Below, piece after piece: positions 1 through 13,221 of a stretch of 64,000 nt of DNA. Every line of letters begins with the position of its first letter. The stretch's first letter is position 1. The notes beneath the pieces are model-generated. The model had not been told where the DNA came from and searched no databases. It worked only from the letters and a program-made list of their open reading frames with translations. The translations under genes were made by a program, and so were the position numbers. This DNA is from Macrostomum lignano (taxonomy: Eukaryota): NCBI GenBank assembly GCA_002269645.1, contig NIVC01000587.1, positions 248,001-312,000 on the forward strand, read 5' to 3'.

Positions 1-1384
1 TCAGCGAATGGCAGTGAGTCAGAGTTTTTGCATCAATACCTAACCGACGAGCTGTTCGAGAACATTGCAAAGTGGACAAACAAACAGGCCTAGAGTTTTG
101 CTCAGGAAAGGTCAGCTAATGAGTTACCAAAGGTTGTGTCTACATGGAAGGATTGCAGTGTTGACGAGGTGAAGAAGCTGATCGGCATCGTGTTGCTTAT
201 GGGCATTGATAACAAGCCGGAGATCAGCTCATACTGGGCAAAGGATCCTGTGTACCACTGCACGTTTCTGGCTCAGCCACATTCACTTTCCCGCGATCGT
301 TTCAAGCAGATTCTCTCCTGCCTTCGCTTTTACAGTAGCGCTGGTCCCGCTCCTCAAAGCCCTGTGGACAAGATCTCTCCATTCCTTGCTCTTGTGCAGC
401 ACGCCTGTCGGAACAACTACATGCCCGATCAGAATCTATCAATTGACGAGACTCTGTTCATGTACAAAGGACAGGTACAGTTTAGGCAGTACATTCCTTC
501 TAAGAAGAGCAAGTATGGTATCAAGTTATACTGCCTGTGTGAGGCCAAGTCTGGATACCTGTGGAACTTTGCCGTTCACACATCACAGCAGGAGAATGCC
601 AGGTTTGGTGCCAGACTGGACTGTGAGGCCCTGTCCTTTAGTGAGCGAGTCGTAGCTGAGCTATGCCGCGACATTCTACATCTTGGCCATTGCATCTTCA
701 TCGACAGTGGGTTTACATCGTACCGACTGGCTTTGTGGCTACTGGCCTGCAACACCATGCTGACTGGCACCGTGTGCAAAGATCGTGGACTGCCGCCACT
801 GCTGCGAGACACTAACCTGCACCCTACATCATCAGTATTCGCAAGGTGTGGCAATGTGCTGGCATGCAAGTTTGTAGACTCCAAGTACAGTGGCAAGAAG
901 ACTGTGTACTTGCTAGACACGGCAGGTAACGCGCAGTGCCCCAATGTAGCCCGCATTTGCCCTGGTGGTCAGCAGCAAGTGGTGGCAAAGCCGGTCAGCA
1001 TCACCACGTACAGTCGTTGTACAGGCTTTCCATATGATTGTGCTGCTTGTCCGCAACGCCTGGATCTTGTACAATTACCACGGCAGCAGCATGTCCTTCT
1101 TGCACTTCTTGCGCAAGGTGTTAGATATTCTTGTTGTGGAAACCGGTGTTGCCAGATGCCGAGGTCCTTCAGCTGCTCCAGTTGCTGTAGTGCCAACTGG
1201 CGCAGGTGATGGGCCACCTGCTGTTCCTCGACATTTGCCTACTAAGGCGCCCAAAGAAGGAGCCCTGGCCCGACCTTGCAAGCAGTGCAGAATGTGCAAA
1301 AGGAGAACCATCTTTGTCTGCTCCATGTGTCCAGGGAGGCCATCTCTGTGCCTTGGTGCGTGCTTTAGTGCCAGCCATACATAA
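1..1384 (+). pseudogene. piggyBac-family transposase, decayed (5'-truncated by the window edge)
   Basis: DDE_Tnp_1_7-like motifs: LLMGI..P....YW, SRDRF..I..CL.F, LSIDETL, QYIPSK..KYGIKLYCLCEA.SGY, IFIDSGFTS. C-terminal Cys-rich domain (CRMC..RT.F.CSMC...LC...CF) lies in another frame (965-1384). In-frame TAG at 91-93. The GGVD..DQ segment with the third catalytic Asp is missing near 1015. Confidence 0.85.
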
Positions 1385-1800
1385 AAAACAATTGTATTGG
1401 ACACTTCTAATGTGTACGTGTAATCATTCCTGTTTAGTTTATTAGTTTATACATTTCATTCAGTAAATTACTTCTTGCGTTGTGCATTACTATACTATTA
1501 TAGTCAACCTCAGTTTACATTAACTGCATTGTTTTTCCGCATTAAAAATACACACTCGTTAAGTCTAGCAGCCACAGGAAACATTTTTTTCAGTCAGAAC
1601 AGTCTTTTGGCACTTGTTTCTTGGCAGCTGTTAATTGACTGTAAACCATTCTACTCTGTGCATGTTACTTTATCATTCACTATGAGAAACTATTGTTGCT
1701 TTATTGGTGTGTTAAATATGTAGATGAAGGAATGAAGTTCTATTGATTATAAATATGGTTATATATAGCAGTCAGTAGTCCTTATACATAATATCTATAT

Positions 1801-1940
1801 GGCCGTTTTCGGCCTCTAGTTGTTGGGAATGGCTGTGGTAAAAAATCCAACAAATCTGGCCCATAGAGATTGATTTTATGCCATCTAGCTTGGAGGTAGA
1901 CAGAATGGACGAAAACAGCCATCCATCTGCCTATGGTTAA
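1801..1940. mobile_element. possible right end of the piggyBac element (subterminal inverted repeat, then TTAA)
   Basis: GGCCGTTTTCG (1801-1811) is inverted relative to CGAAAACAGCC (1910-1920), followed by ...CCTATGG and TTAA at 1937-1940. The left end is outside the window, so this is unverified. Confidence 0.3.
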
Positions 1941-2206
1941 GACTTAAGACTCATTTTAAATCTTTAACAAACTTGCTTTTGTTTGTTCATTTCAAATTTT
2001 GGGTTAAAATAATTTAACACAGGAAACTAGGACATTGCTATATCAATAGGGCAAATATTAGATAGTTAGTAGGTTTCTTTTAAAAAAATATCCTATAGAT
2101 TAACAAATATATTAAACAAGGGTATTATTATATAGTATTATACAATTAATAAAATGAACTTCCTTTGTCTTCTTTTAAACTCAATATGATAGACAACCAT
2201 CTAAAG

Positions 2207-2670
2207 CAAGTTTTGGCAAACATTTTTTGCCGCAAGGGCCAGATAAAAAATATAGCAGCGATATAGCTTATGGCTATTGGCCAAATGCACTAGGAAAGGA
2301 GAGATAATGGATGAGAAGGAAGAAAAGAGGTAAGAGATAGAATGAAAGAAAAACTATGTTATCAGATAAGGAGAAAAAAGGAGAGGAAAGAGAAAAATTA
2401 GAGTGGAAAAAGAGGTAAAAAAGAAAAGGAAAAGAGGAAAGCAAAGGAGGGAGAGAAGGCAGAGAAAAAAAGATGAGAGAGAAATAAAAGGTAAAAAAAG
2501 AAATGAAAAAAAGAGAGAAGAAAGGAGAGAAAAGAGAGGAGAAAACTAATAAGAGAAAGAGAGCTAAGAAAAGACACCAACTTTGAGCAGGCTAGTTTCA
2601 AAGGACCCAAGGGCTGGATAGAGGTTTTGTGGACTGCATATGGCCTATAGGCTAGATTTTGCCAACCTTT
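2207..2670 (+). mobile_element. hAT (Charlie-like) MITE copy 1 with GA-rich core
   Basis: Ends CAAGTTTTGGCAAAC ... TTTTGCCAACC. Purine-rich interior. Shares GTTTCAAAGGACCCRAGGGCYGGATAGA (26/28) with the copy at 27926. Left flank ATCTAAAG resembles the Charlie target consensus NTCTARAN. Confidence 0.55.
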
Positions 2671-3446
2671 AATCAAAGTCAATATCAATGACAAAACTTT
2701 TTCTGCTGTGAAAAGCATGGCCTTGGTTAAACCAACTGCATCAGGGGCTCTAAAGGTTTAAAAACTTTGCTAGGTGAAAAAACTAAGCACACCTCAAGAC
2801 ATTTCCCCTAGAAAAAGATTAGACTAGAGGTATTTTGTAAGCTTAATGTAAAACTGCTTTACATTTTACATGGTAAAGACCAATCTTTTAAGTATTTCCT
2901 TATCTGGTAGAAAAGAATGTGTACTTTTTCTCTAGTAAGAAAGCCTTTGAAAAGAACTGCATTATTAATAAATGTCTTGTATTGGAAGTCATGCTTGGTT
3001 ATAAGAAAGCAAGGCAATAGCTCTTTAAAGAATGTACAGATGTCAATTTATCAAGTTTAAATTATAAGTGTAGGTTGAGATATCTTCGTTTTTTCTGATA
3101 CCAGTTGATATCCTGGTTTTCAATTTTGCACCAAAATTTTGGAGCTAAGGTGCTAAATAGCAACTGTGGTTTTGATGCTTAAAATGTATTAGTATCCAGA
3201 TACTTAATCCTAGTGTTTATCTTGTTTGCAATAGAACTATCATATATTAATTAGATTGCAATCCAAGTCCCTCTTCCAATAAGTTTTATTATAAATTTCT
3301 TGTTTCAGAATTGAATTCACAGTCATGTAACAATTTTTACTAGAGGGAAGCTAAACTTTTGCAATTGAGAAAAGCAACACTGGAGATTGTTTATTTGTCT
3401 AAGACAAAGAACTTAGATAACAATAAAAGACACAAATTGAGGAACA

Positions 3447-6400
3447 ATGGACGATGATTTTGATCGAACAATTGCCAATATTCATAATTTGACGCCTTAT
3501 GAGCGACAGAAATTGCGCAGCGTTATGCAAAGAAAAAAGGTAAATCTGTAATTTATTGAAGCTGACACAATTTTAATACCTTTGAAAAATGTGTAAGATT
3601 GTGTCCTACAAGAAAAGGTCTTTCACAGAAAAAAAACCCAGTAGTCTTGTATGCTTTTTGCTAAGCAGACCCGAAATTTTAATCTAAAATTGCTTTGTCC
3701 TCTTCCTGGCGCAGCAATTCGATATGGAGGAGAGCGCCCATCTCAGGCAAACTGTTGAAGGTGCACTATTAAAGTTCACCAATGTTGTTAAAGGATTTCA
3801 ACCGCGTTGGTTTGTTTTGAATGCGGAGACTGGTGCGTTGGAATACTATGAGGTGAGCAATGCAGGATAGTTATTGTTCTGTAGCCTAATTAACTTTCGC
3901 ACCGTTTTTTTTCAACTGGATTTATGCATATTTTAGAAAGAAGAATATAAACGCCAGGGTCAAAGATCTCGTGGTGAACTGCAATTAACGGTAATTAAAT
4001 GTTTCTGTAATATTAGCGATGATAAATCGATATACAGTATTGCGCTTAGGAAACTTACAAAAATAATTTGTTGTTTAAAAAAATTATTTACAGTTTGCAA
4101 CAGTTGTTCCTAGCGAGGATGATTCTTGCACGTTTAGCGTCAATTCTACCAGTGGCGAAGTGTTCCGAGTTAAAGGTAGAGGTTTTTTTAATTGATAAAT
4201 TAAATAATTAATAATTTAATTTAATTTAATAATTGCAACCGGCAGTTTAGAGTATAGCTCGGGATTAACAACCTGCTTGTTAAGATAGGGATCTGGGATT
4301 AACAACCTGCTTGTTAAGATAGGGATCAGGGATCAACAACCTGCTTGTTAAGATAGGGATCTGGGATCAACAACCTGCTTGTTAAGATAGGGATCTGGGA
4401 TCAACAACCTGCTTGTTAAGATAGGGATCTGGGATCAACAACCTGCTTGTTAAGATAAGCATCTGAGATCAACAACCTGCTTGTTAAGATAGGGATCTGG
4501 GATCAACAACCTGCTTGTTAAGATAGGGATCAAGGATCAACAACCTGCTTGTTAAGATAGGGATCTGGGATCAACAACCTGCTTGTTAAGATAGGGATCT
4601 GGGATCAACAGCCTGCTTGTTAAGATAGGGATCTGGGATCAACAGCCTGCTTGTTAAGATAGGAATCTGGGATCAACAACCTGCTTGTTAAGATAGGGAT
4701 CTGGGATCAACAACCTGCTTGTTAAGATAGGGATCTGGGATCAACAACCTGCTTGTTAAGATAGGGATCTGGGATCAACAACCTGCTTGTTAAGATAGGG
4801 ATCTGGGATCAACAACCTGCTTGTTAAGATAAGCATCTGAGATCAACAACCTGCTTGTTAAGATAGGGATCTGGGATCAACAACCTGCTTGTTGAGATAG
4901 GGATCTGGGATCAACAACCTGCTTGTTAAGATAGGGATCTGGGATCAACAACCTGCTTGTTAAAATAGGGATCTGGGATCAACAGCCTGCTTCTTAGGAT
5001 AAAATATTGGATTAAAAACCACATCATTAGTTGTGTGATCAAGAAACTACATATCATGTAGTGAATTATTTATGTATAGGATGAAGCTAAGAGCATAGTT
5101 TAGCAATCCAGAAAATTATGCAGTACTTTATAATCTTATAATTTGTGCCTCCTTTCACACCTGTAGCCACGGACGCTCGCGAGCGGCAGTACTGGGTGGA
5201 CAGAATTCGAGCAGTGGCTCAGTATTTCTCAGAGCAGTGCAAAATTCTTGGCTCTGTAAGTTTATCATTGTCTCGTTTTTAATTTTCGTTCTGTTCAGAC
5301 TTATTCAATTATTACATTGCAATTTATAAATATTTTCGCGCTGCATACAGATGTTTCGGTTCTATTCGGTAGGTTTGCTATAATACATGTAAATAAATTT
5401 ATAATGCTACTTACTATATTAAGTAGTAGACCTGTAAGGCATATTATCGCCTTCCGATAAGCTAGGTACAAGGCTAACTAGTGTCAATTTTTTGTTGTAC
5501 ATATCCTACTCCAAACATTTATAATAACTATACTCGTAAAAGTGTTTATTGTTAAACACTCACACTGTACACTTGCTACTTATAAGTAGTATCGCAGTAA
5601 GAGTATTACACCTGATGCACAATTTATTGCCATTAACGAAAGCACAGCAAATTATTGTTGATTAATTGGTATAACTAGTCGCAAAACCTATGCAATTCAG
5701 GGTATTTATTGAAATGCGTCTCACCTATTGGGAATATATCTCAGGAATCTCACCCTGTCTAGTATGGGTCTCAGGAATCTCACCCTATCTAGAATGGGTC
5801 TGAAGAATCTCACCCTAACTAAAATGGGTCTCAGGAATATCACCCTATCTAGAATGAGTCTGAAGAATCTCACCCTATCTAGAATGGGTCTGAAAAATCT
5901 CACCCTATCTAGAATGAGTCTGAAGAATATCACCCTATTTAGAATGAGTCTGAAGAATCTCACCCTATTTAGAATGAGTCTGAAGAATCTCGCCCTATTT
6001 AGAATGGGTCTGAAGGATCTCACCCTCGCATTGGAAGTCTCATCCCACCCGTCCGCAGTACAACCCGGTCTCGCTGCCGGAGATCTACAGTTGCACCGGC
6101 CGCTCCTCCTCGGCCGGTTCGGCCTCCTCCTCCGCCGGCGCCGGCTTCATTGCATCGGCCGCCGCTGCAGCCGCGGCGTCGACTTCATCTGCAGCGGTGG
6201 CGTCATCGGATGCGCCGTTGCCGCATCACCAGGCTCTGCCTCCGCCGAAGCGGCCGCGCCAGCGCGACCAGCCAACCAGCCTGTCAGACGTCAACGGCTC
6301 CAGAGGCGGCCGAGTCGCCTATCCGAGTCCGGACGGCCTGCTGGCATCTCTGCGCGACGCCATCACCATCCTGGATGATCTGGTGACCAATCTGCCGCCG

Positions 6401-9400
6401 CCGTCTTGTACTGCCGCTGTTGAACAGAGCGGCGGCAGCGTCGGCGCGTTCAGCAATGAAGGCAGCTTGTACAGCGGCTGCGCCAGCCAAGCTGACGCTG
6501 GCGATCAACCCGACGACTCCGCTGAAGTACTTGTCTATGCTGACGGCGACGGCGAAGGCGAGGGCGAGGAGGCTTATAATATTGCCAACGAAGAAGCCAT
6601 CGACGCCGACGGCAGTCTGGAGGTTGGCGAAGACGCCGCCGCGTCCGCCGTCTCCGACCAGGAGGTGACGGAAAGCTGTGGCGGCGGCGACGGCGGCATG
6701 GAGTCGACTGCAACTCCTACTGCTTCGACGGCCGTCGGCTTGCCCAGCTGCCTGGATAGGGATCTGCTGATCGCTAGGGGCACCGCGGCTGGTGCGCTGC
6801 GATCGTTGGAGGCCTGCTTGAACCTGCTGCCCTATGTCAGGGTGAGAGAATTGTTGGTTGTGCGCGCCAGCTCTATGCACTCCGTTCCATCCGTTCTATT
6901 TTCCATACTCTCGCCTATTCAAACCCCTCACTCTACCCTCCCTCACTTTACCCTCTCCCTGACTCTACCCTCTCCTCATTCTACCCTCTCCCTCACTCTA
7001 CCCTCTCCCTGACTCTACCCTCTCCTTCACTCTACCCTCTCCCTCACTCTACCCTCTCCCTGACTCTACCCTCTCCTTCACTCTACCCTCTCCTCACTCT
7101 ACCCTCTCCCTGACTCTACCCTCTCCTTCACTCTACCCTCTCCTCACTCTACCCTCTCACTGACTCTACCCTCTCCCTCACTCTACCCTCTCCCTGACTC
7201 TACCCTCTCCCTGACTCTACCCTCTCCCTGACTCTACCCTCTCCTTCACTCTACCCTCTCCCTGACTCTACCCTCTCCCTCACTCTACCCTCTCCCTCAC
7301 TCTACCCTCTCCTTCACTCTACCCTCTCCCTGACTCTACCCTCCCTCACTTTACCCTCTCCCTGACTCTACTCTCTCCCTCACTCTACCCTCTCCCTCAC
7401 TCTACCCTCTCCCTCACTCTACCCTCTCCCTCACTCTACCCTCTCCCTCACTCTACCCTCTCCTTCACTCTACCCTCTCCCTGACTCTACCCTCCCTCAC
7501 TTTACCCTCTCCCTGACTCTACCCTCTCCCTGACTCTACTCTCTCCCTCACTCTACCCTCTCCCTCACTCTACCCTCTCCCTGACTCTACCCTCCCTCAC
7601 TTTACCCTCTCCCTGACTCTACTCTCTCCCTCACTCTACCCTCTCCCTGACTCTACCCTCTCCTCATTCTACCCTCTCCCTCACTCTACCCTCTCCCTGA
7701 CTCTACCCTCTCCTTCACTCTACCCTCTCCCTGACTCTACCCTCTCCTCACTCTACCCTCTCCCTGACTCTACCCTCTCCTTCACTCTACCCTCTCCCTG
7801 ACTCTACCCTCTCCTTCACTCTACCCTCTCCCTGACTCTACCCTCTCCCTCACTCTACCCTCTCCCTGACTCTACCCTCTCCTTCACTCTACCCTCTCCC
7901 TGACTCTACCCTCTCCTTCACTCTACCCTCTCCCTGACTCTACCCTCTCCCTGACTCTACCCTCTCCCTGACTCTACCCTCTCCCTCACTCTACCCTCTC
8001 CCTGACTCTACCCTCTCCCTCACTCTACCCTCTCCCTCACTTTACCCTCTCCCTGACTCTACCCTCTCCCTGACTCTACTCTCTCCTTCACTCTACCCTC
8101 TCCCTGACTCTACCCTCTCCCTCACTCTACCCTCTCCCTCACTCTACCCTCTCCCTGACTCTACCCTCTCCCTGACTCTACCCTCTCCCTGAATTTCGTA
8201 CATTCAGTTTTACACTCTTCCACATACTGTTTGTGGTTTTCCTAAGATACTAAAACACCTGTCCATGTCTTAGTTGATTTGTTAACAATTGGCTTTCTTG
8301 AAAAGAATTTTTTTAAATTTCCACAATTACCTAGTTTTGATCAGCCTTCAGTTTTTATAATTGAATACATACTATTATTAATCTTGGTTTACTTTACATT
8401 ACTGGCTGATTTTCTCTCATCTCTACCGCAGTCACAAGCCGCTGCAGGCGCCTCCTCCGTATCGTTAGCGCCTGCCCGAATTGCACCCGCTTCCACTGCC
8501 GGCCTGTCTGGCACCGCGACTCCGGCTGCTCTGTCCGCGGGGCTGCACTCGGCCGCTGTCCCAGTCTGCGTTGGGTATGGTATTAATGACTTTCTAATTG
8601 CCAGGCATATGCACTCTAGCATGTACACAACTGGGTCTCAATCCAAACCAACCATTCTGCAGCGATTCGCTCTCATTCGCTGCCATCGTTCCTCTAGTCG
8701 AGATGCTGGAAAATCCGGCCTTTCCGGTGCCTCATCAGCTTGACGAGCCAGACCAACCGGAGCCTGATGCTTCCGACGCCTCCGACCAGTCTGGCGACGC
8801 ATCCCAGGAGGAGCACAAATCGGTCGTCCTGCACCTGCTGCAGCAGCTCAAGCTGGGCATGGATCTCACCCGGGTTGTACTGCCAACTTTCATCCTTGAA
8901 CGCCGCTCACTGTTGGAAATGTTCGCCGATTTCATGCTGCACCCGGACTGCCTGCTGCGCGCCGCTGAACAGCCCGACGCTGAGTCGCGCATCACCGGCG
9001 TGCTTGAGTGGTACTTGACTGGCTTTCACGGCGGCCGCCGGGTGAGGCTGCGGTTTTCTAATCCCATTGCTTCCCCTTCGAATCCCATTGCTTCCCCTTC
9101 GAATCCCATTGCTTCCCCTTCGAATCCCATTGCTTCCCCTTCGAATCCCATTGCTTCCCCTTCGAATCCCATTGCTTCCCATTTGAATCCCATTGCTTCC
9201 CCTTCGAATCCCATTGCTTCCCCTTTGAATCCCATTGCTTCCCCTTCGAATCCCATTGCTTCCCCTTCGAATCCCATTGCTTCCCCTTTGAATCCCATTG
9301 CTTCCCCTTCGAATCCCATTGCTTCCCCTTTGAATCCCATTGCTTCCCCTTCGAATCCCATTGCTTCCCCTTTGAATCCCATTGCTTCCCCTTTGAATCC

Positions 9401-12319
9401 CATTGCTTCCCCTTTGAATCCCATTGCTTCCCCTTCGAATCCCATTGCTTCCCCTTCGAATCCCATTGCTTCCCCTTTGAATCCCATTGCTTCCCCTTCG
9501 AATCCCATTGCTTCCCCTTTGAATCCCATTGCTTCTATTTCGAATCCCATTGCTTTCCCTTCGAATCCCATTGCTTCCCCTCTGAATCCCATTGCTTCCA
9601 TTTCGAATCCCATCGCTTCCCCTTCAAATTCCATTTTTCCATCTCAAATCTCCAAGGTAAATCTTAGCCAATTCTCCCCTCTAAAACCTCCAGGGCGCCG
9701 CAGCCAAAAAGCCATACAACCCCCTGATTGGGGAAACATTCCACTGTTCCTGGCGAATCCCATCGGACAGCGGAGGAAACTCGGACTGCTTGCTGACTTA
9801 CACGGCCGAGCAGGTGTCCCACCATCCGCCAATCACCGCATTCTACATGGAGTGCCCGCAAAAGCAAGTCTGGCTAAATGCCAGCATTTACACTAAAAGC
9901 AAATTTATGGGCATGAGCATCGGCGTGAACATGATTGGCCGGCTCCAGCTTCACTTGATGCAGCACGACGAGGTTTATAACATCACCCTGCCTAGCGCCT
10001 ACGCCCGGTCAATCCTCACCGTGCCATGGGTTGAACTCGGCGACAAGGTGACCATCTCGTGCGACAAGACAAAGTACAACGCGTCCGTTATCTTTCATAC
10101 CAAACCGTTCTACGGCGGCCGGCTGCATCGGGTGAGCGCCGAGGTTCGAAACCCGGCCAGTTCGGTTGTCTGCCGCGTCTCGGGCGAGTGGAGCGGCCAG
10201 CTGGAATTCGACTATCCGACTGGCCCAGTCAAAGGCGGCTCATCGACGTCAGCCTGCTGACCGCGGCGAAGAAGCGAGTTCGTCCCCTTAGCCAGCAGCG
10301 GGCCTACGAGTCCCGAAGGCTTTGGGCTGCCGTCACCGAGGCTCTACGCGCCAACGATATTCAAAGGGCCACGGAGGAGAAGCGAAAGGTGAGCCCGCTT
10401 TGTCTTGGTCTATTGGCTAATGCTATGTTTGTTTCTCTAATCATCCGCCCCCTCCGATCCTCCATCCTCAGGTCCTCCACCCTTCCGATCCTCCACCCCC
10501 TCCGATCCTCCACCCTCCGATCCTCCACCCCATCCGATCCTCCACCCCTCCGATCCTCCACCCCGTCCGATTCTCCGCCCCCTCCGATCCTCCACCCCTC
10601 CGATCCTCCACCCCCTCCGATCCTCCGCACCCTCCGATCCTCCACCCCTCCGATCCTCCACCCCTCCGATCCTCCACCCCATCCGATCCTCCACCCCTCC
10701 GATCCTCCACCCCTCCGATCCTCCACCCCATCCGATCCTCCACCCCTCCGATCCTCCACCCCGTCCGATTCTCCGCCCCTCCGATCCTCCGCCCCCTTCG
10801 ATCCTCCACCCCCTCCGATCCTCCACCCCGTCCGATTCTCCGCCCCCTCCGATCCTCCGCCCCCTTCGATCCTCCACCCCCTCCGATCCTCCACCCCCCG
10901 ATCCTCTGCCCCCGATCCTCCATCCCGTCCGATCCTCCACCCCCTCCGATCCTCTGCCCCCCGATCCTCCACCCCCTCCGATCCTCCACCCCCTCCGATC
11001 CTCTGCCGCCCGATCCTTCATCCCGTCCGATTCTCCGCCCCCTCCGATCCTCCACCCCCCTGATTCTCCGCCCCTCCGATCCTCTGCCGCCCGATCCTTC
11101 ATCCCGTCCGATTCTCCGCCCCCTCCGATCCTCCACCCCCCTGATTCTCCGCCCCTCCGATCCTCCACCCCCTCCGATCCTCCACCCCCTCGATCCTCTG
11201 CCCCCCGATCCTCCATCCCGTCCGATCCTCCCCGATCCTCCACCCCCTCCGATCCTCCACCCCCCCGATCCTCCACCCCCCCCGATCCTCCACCCCCTCC
11301 GATCCTCCACCCCCAAACCTCCACCCCCACCCCCTCCGATCCTCCACCCCCCGATCCTCCACCCCCGATCCTCCACCCCCGATCCTCCACCCCCGATCCT
11401 ACACCCCCGATCCTCCACCCCCCGATCCTACACCCCCCGATCCTCCACCCCCTCCGATCCTCCACCCCCTCCGATCCTACACCCCCCGATCCTCCACCCC
11501 TCCGATCCTCCACCCCCTCGATCCTCTGCCCCCCGATCCTCCATCCCGTCCGATCCTCCCCGATCCTCCACCCCCTCCGATCCTCCACCCCCCGATCCTC
11601 CACCCCCTCCGATCCTCCACCCCCGATCCTCCACCCCCACCCCCTCCGATCCTCCACCCCCCGATCCTCCACCCCCGATCCTCCACCCCCCGATCCTCCA
11701 CCCCCGATCCTCCACCCCCCGATCCTCCACCCCCCCCGATCCTCCACCCCCCCGATCCTACACCCCCCGATCCTCCACCCCTCCGATCCTCCACCCCTCC
11801 GATCCTCCACCCCATCCGATCCTCCACCCCTCCGATCCTCCACCCCGTCCGATCCTCCACCCCTCCGATCCTCCACCCCGTCCGATTCTCCGCCCCCTCC
11901 GATCCTCCACCCCCTCCGATCCTCCACCCCCTCCGATCCTCCGCACCCTCCGATCCTCCACCCCTCCGATCCTCCACCCCTCCGATCCTCCACCCCATCC
12001 GATCCTCCACCCCTCCGATCCTCCACCACACCAATCTCCAGCATTCTGCTCTCGTTCAGCCCCTTTGAAAGGGGATTTTAGTAATCGCTCTGACATTTCT
12101 ATAGATAGCTCCGTGATTAACTAGCAGCATTGCTGACCCCTGGAATCTCCGTTCTCTCCACCAACCAACCAGCTGGAGGAGCGGCAGCGCCATTGCGAGA
12201 GGCTCAGACGCGAACGGGGCATCCAGTTTCCTGTGAAATATTTTGTCAAAGATGACGAGGACAATTGGACATTTAAAAGGCCGCTACAGAAAGGCCAACT
12301 GCAGCAGGCATTTGCCTGA
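3447..12319 (+). CDS. OSBPL11: Oxysterol-binding protein-related protein, ORP9/10/11 subfamily (PH + OSBP domain), 10 exons, about 867 aa
   Basis: Exons 3447-3539, 3715-3852, 3937-3990, 4094-4175, 5167-5255, 6059-6841, 8432-8574, 8663-9041, 9694-10388, 12173-12319; all GT..AG and phase-consistent. PH domain: [38 protein letters not shown]10/11-like [10 protein letters not shown]...SLEACL. OSBP domain: [56 protein letters not shown] one-base frameshift near 10231-10233 is needed. The symbol is the closest recognisable subfamily member; OSBPL9/10 are not excluded. Confidence 0.88.
4260..4998. repeat. 34-bp minisatellite in OSBP intron 4 (about 21 copies)
   Basis: Unit GGGATCTGGGATCAACAACCTGCTTGTTAAGATA; contains the hairpin AACAA-cctgc-TTGTT. 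Confidence 0.95.
5735..6027. repeat. 30-bp minisatellite in OSBP intron 5 (about 9-10 copies)
   Basis: Unit AGAATGGGTCTGAAGAATCTCACCCTATCT; ends about 30 nt before the acceptor at 6058. Confidence 0.92.
6920..8190. repeat. 17-bp pyrimidine-rich minisatellite in OSBP intron 6
   Basis: Unit CTCTACCCTCTCCCTSA, about 75 copies; a related array lies at 30484-31080. Confidence 0.95.
9060..9630. repeat. 21-bp minisatellite in OSBP intron 8
   Basis: Unit AATCCCATTGCTTCCCCTTCG, about 27 copies; source of the (SNPIASP)n ORF. Confidence 0.95.
10440..12025. repeat. C-rich 14-16 bp minisatellite in OSBP intron 9
   Basis: Units of the type CCGATCCTCCACCCC(C)T; the opposite strand is G-rich. Confidence 0.95.
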
Positions 12320-13221
12320 TTGTACGAGTAGATCATGGACAGTTTTGGTCTGGTAATCATTGTGGAACAAATTGCTACTACTAATAGTAGTTCATCGCTG
12401 CAATCTACAGATTTCCACAGTCACGAACTGCGCACGTTTTGTTTTAGTATTCCGCTGTTCCTCCGGTAACTGAGACGGCTGATTTTTTCTCCTTTTCAAA
12501 ATATCAGAATCTGTTGTCCTACTTCAATACTATCAGTAGTAGTCTGTGTAGTAGATTTTAGATTTTGCAATTCACTGAAGACGCAAAACAAATTATTTCG
12601 AGTTGAATTATTAATAAAACATTTCATTATTATTGCACTACCAATACTACTTCTGCCTAGTACTCTGAGTAATATAATTAGATTTTTTGTACTTTTATTG
12701 TTGTTTTTCTCGTGTTAATTTGAGCTTATTTATTTGTTTTAATTGAGTGAAAACATTTCTCTCACTTATTTGAACATTTAAAAATCTGTTTGCGACACTT
12801 CAGTACCCGCTGCTGACTCCATGTTTGGCTGTAAAATATTTTCAATAAGGGAATCTCTGCTTGGTTATCAGTTTGTTTATTGTTCCTATTGTTAAAATAT
12901 ATCTGCAAAAATATGACATTCACATTGTCCATTGGCCGCATAATAACAACTACACTGAGAAGCGTGAGACCGTAGACACTTGGTTTCGGGATGGCAGCTT
13001 ACTGACTGACTCAACTGCATTAGGAACCAAAATCTGTCACGAATTAATAAGTGCTTATGCAATAAATTCGTTTCCAGGCGTTTTATAGTATTGGATTAAA
13101 TTAATATTACACATTAAAAGAAAGCTTTTCAATAAGAAGTTGCGCCAGAGTGTTCGCAGCCCTCCGGCAAATATTATAATTATCGTATTATATTATATAA
13201 TGATAATTACTCATAAACATC

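Noticed and set aside
8691-8697. Alternative acceptor (CCTCTAG) for OSBP exon 8
   Set aside because: It gives phase 1, while the upstream donor at 8574 needs phase 2; the acceptor at 8662 fits.
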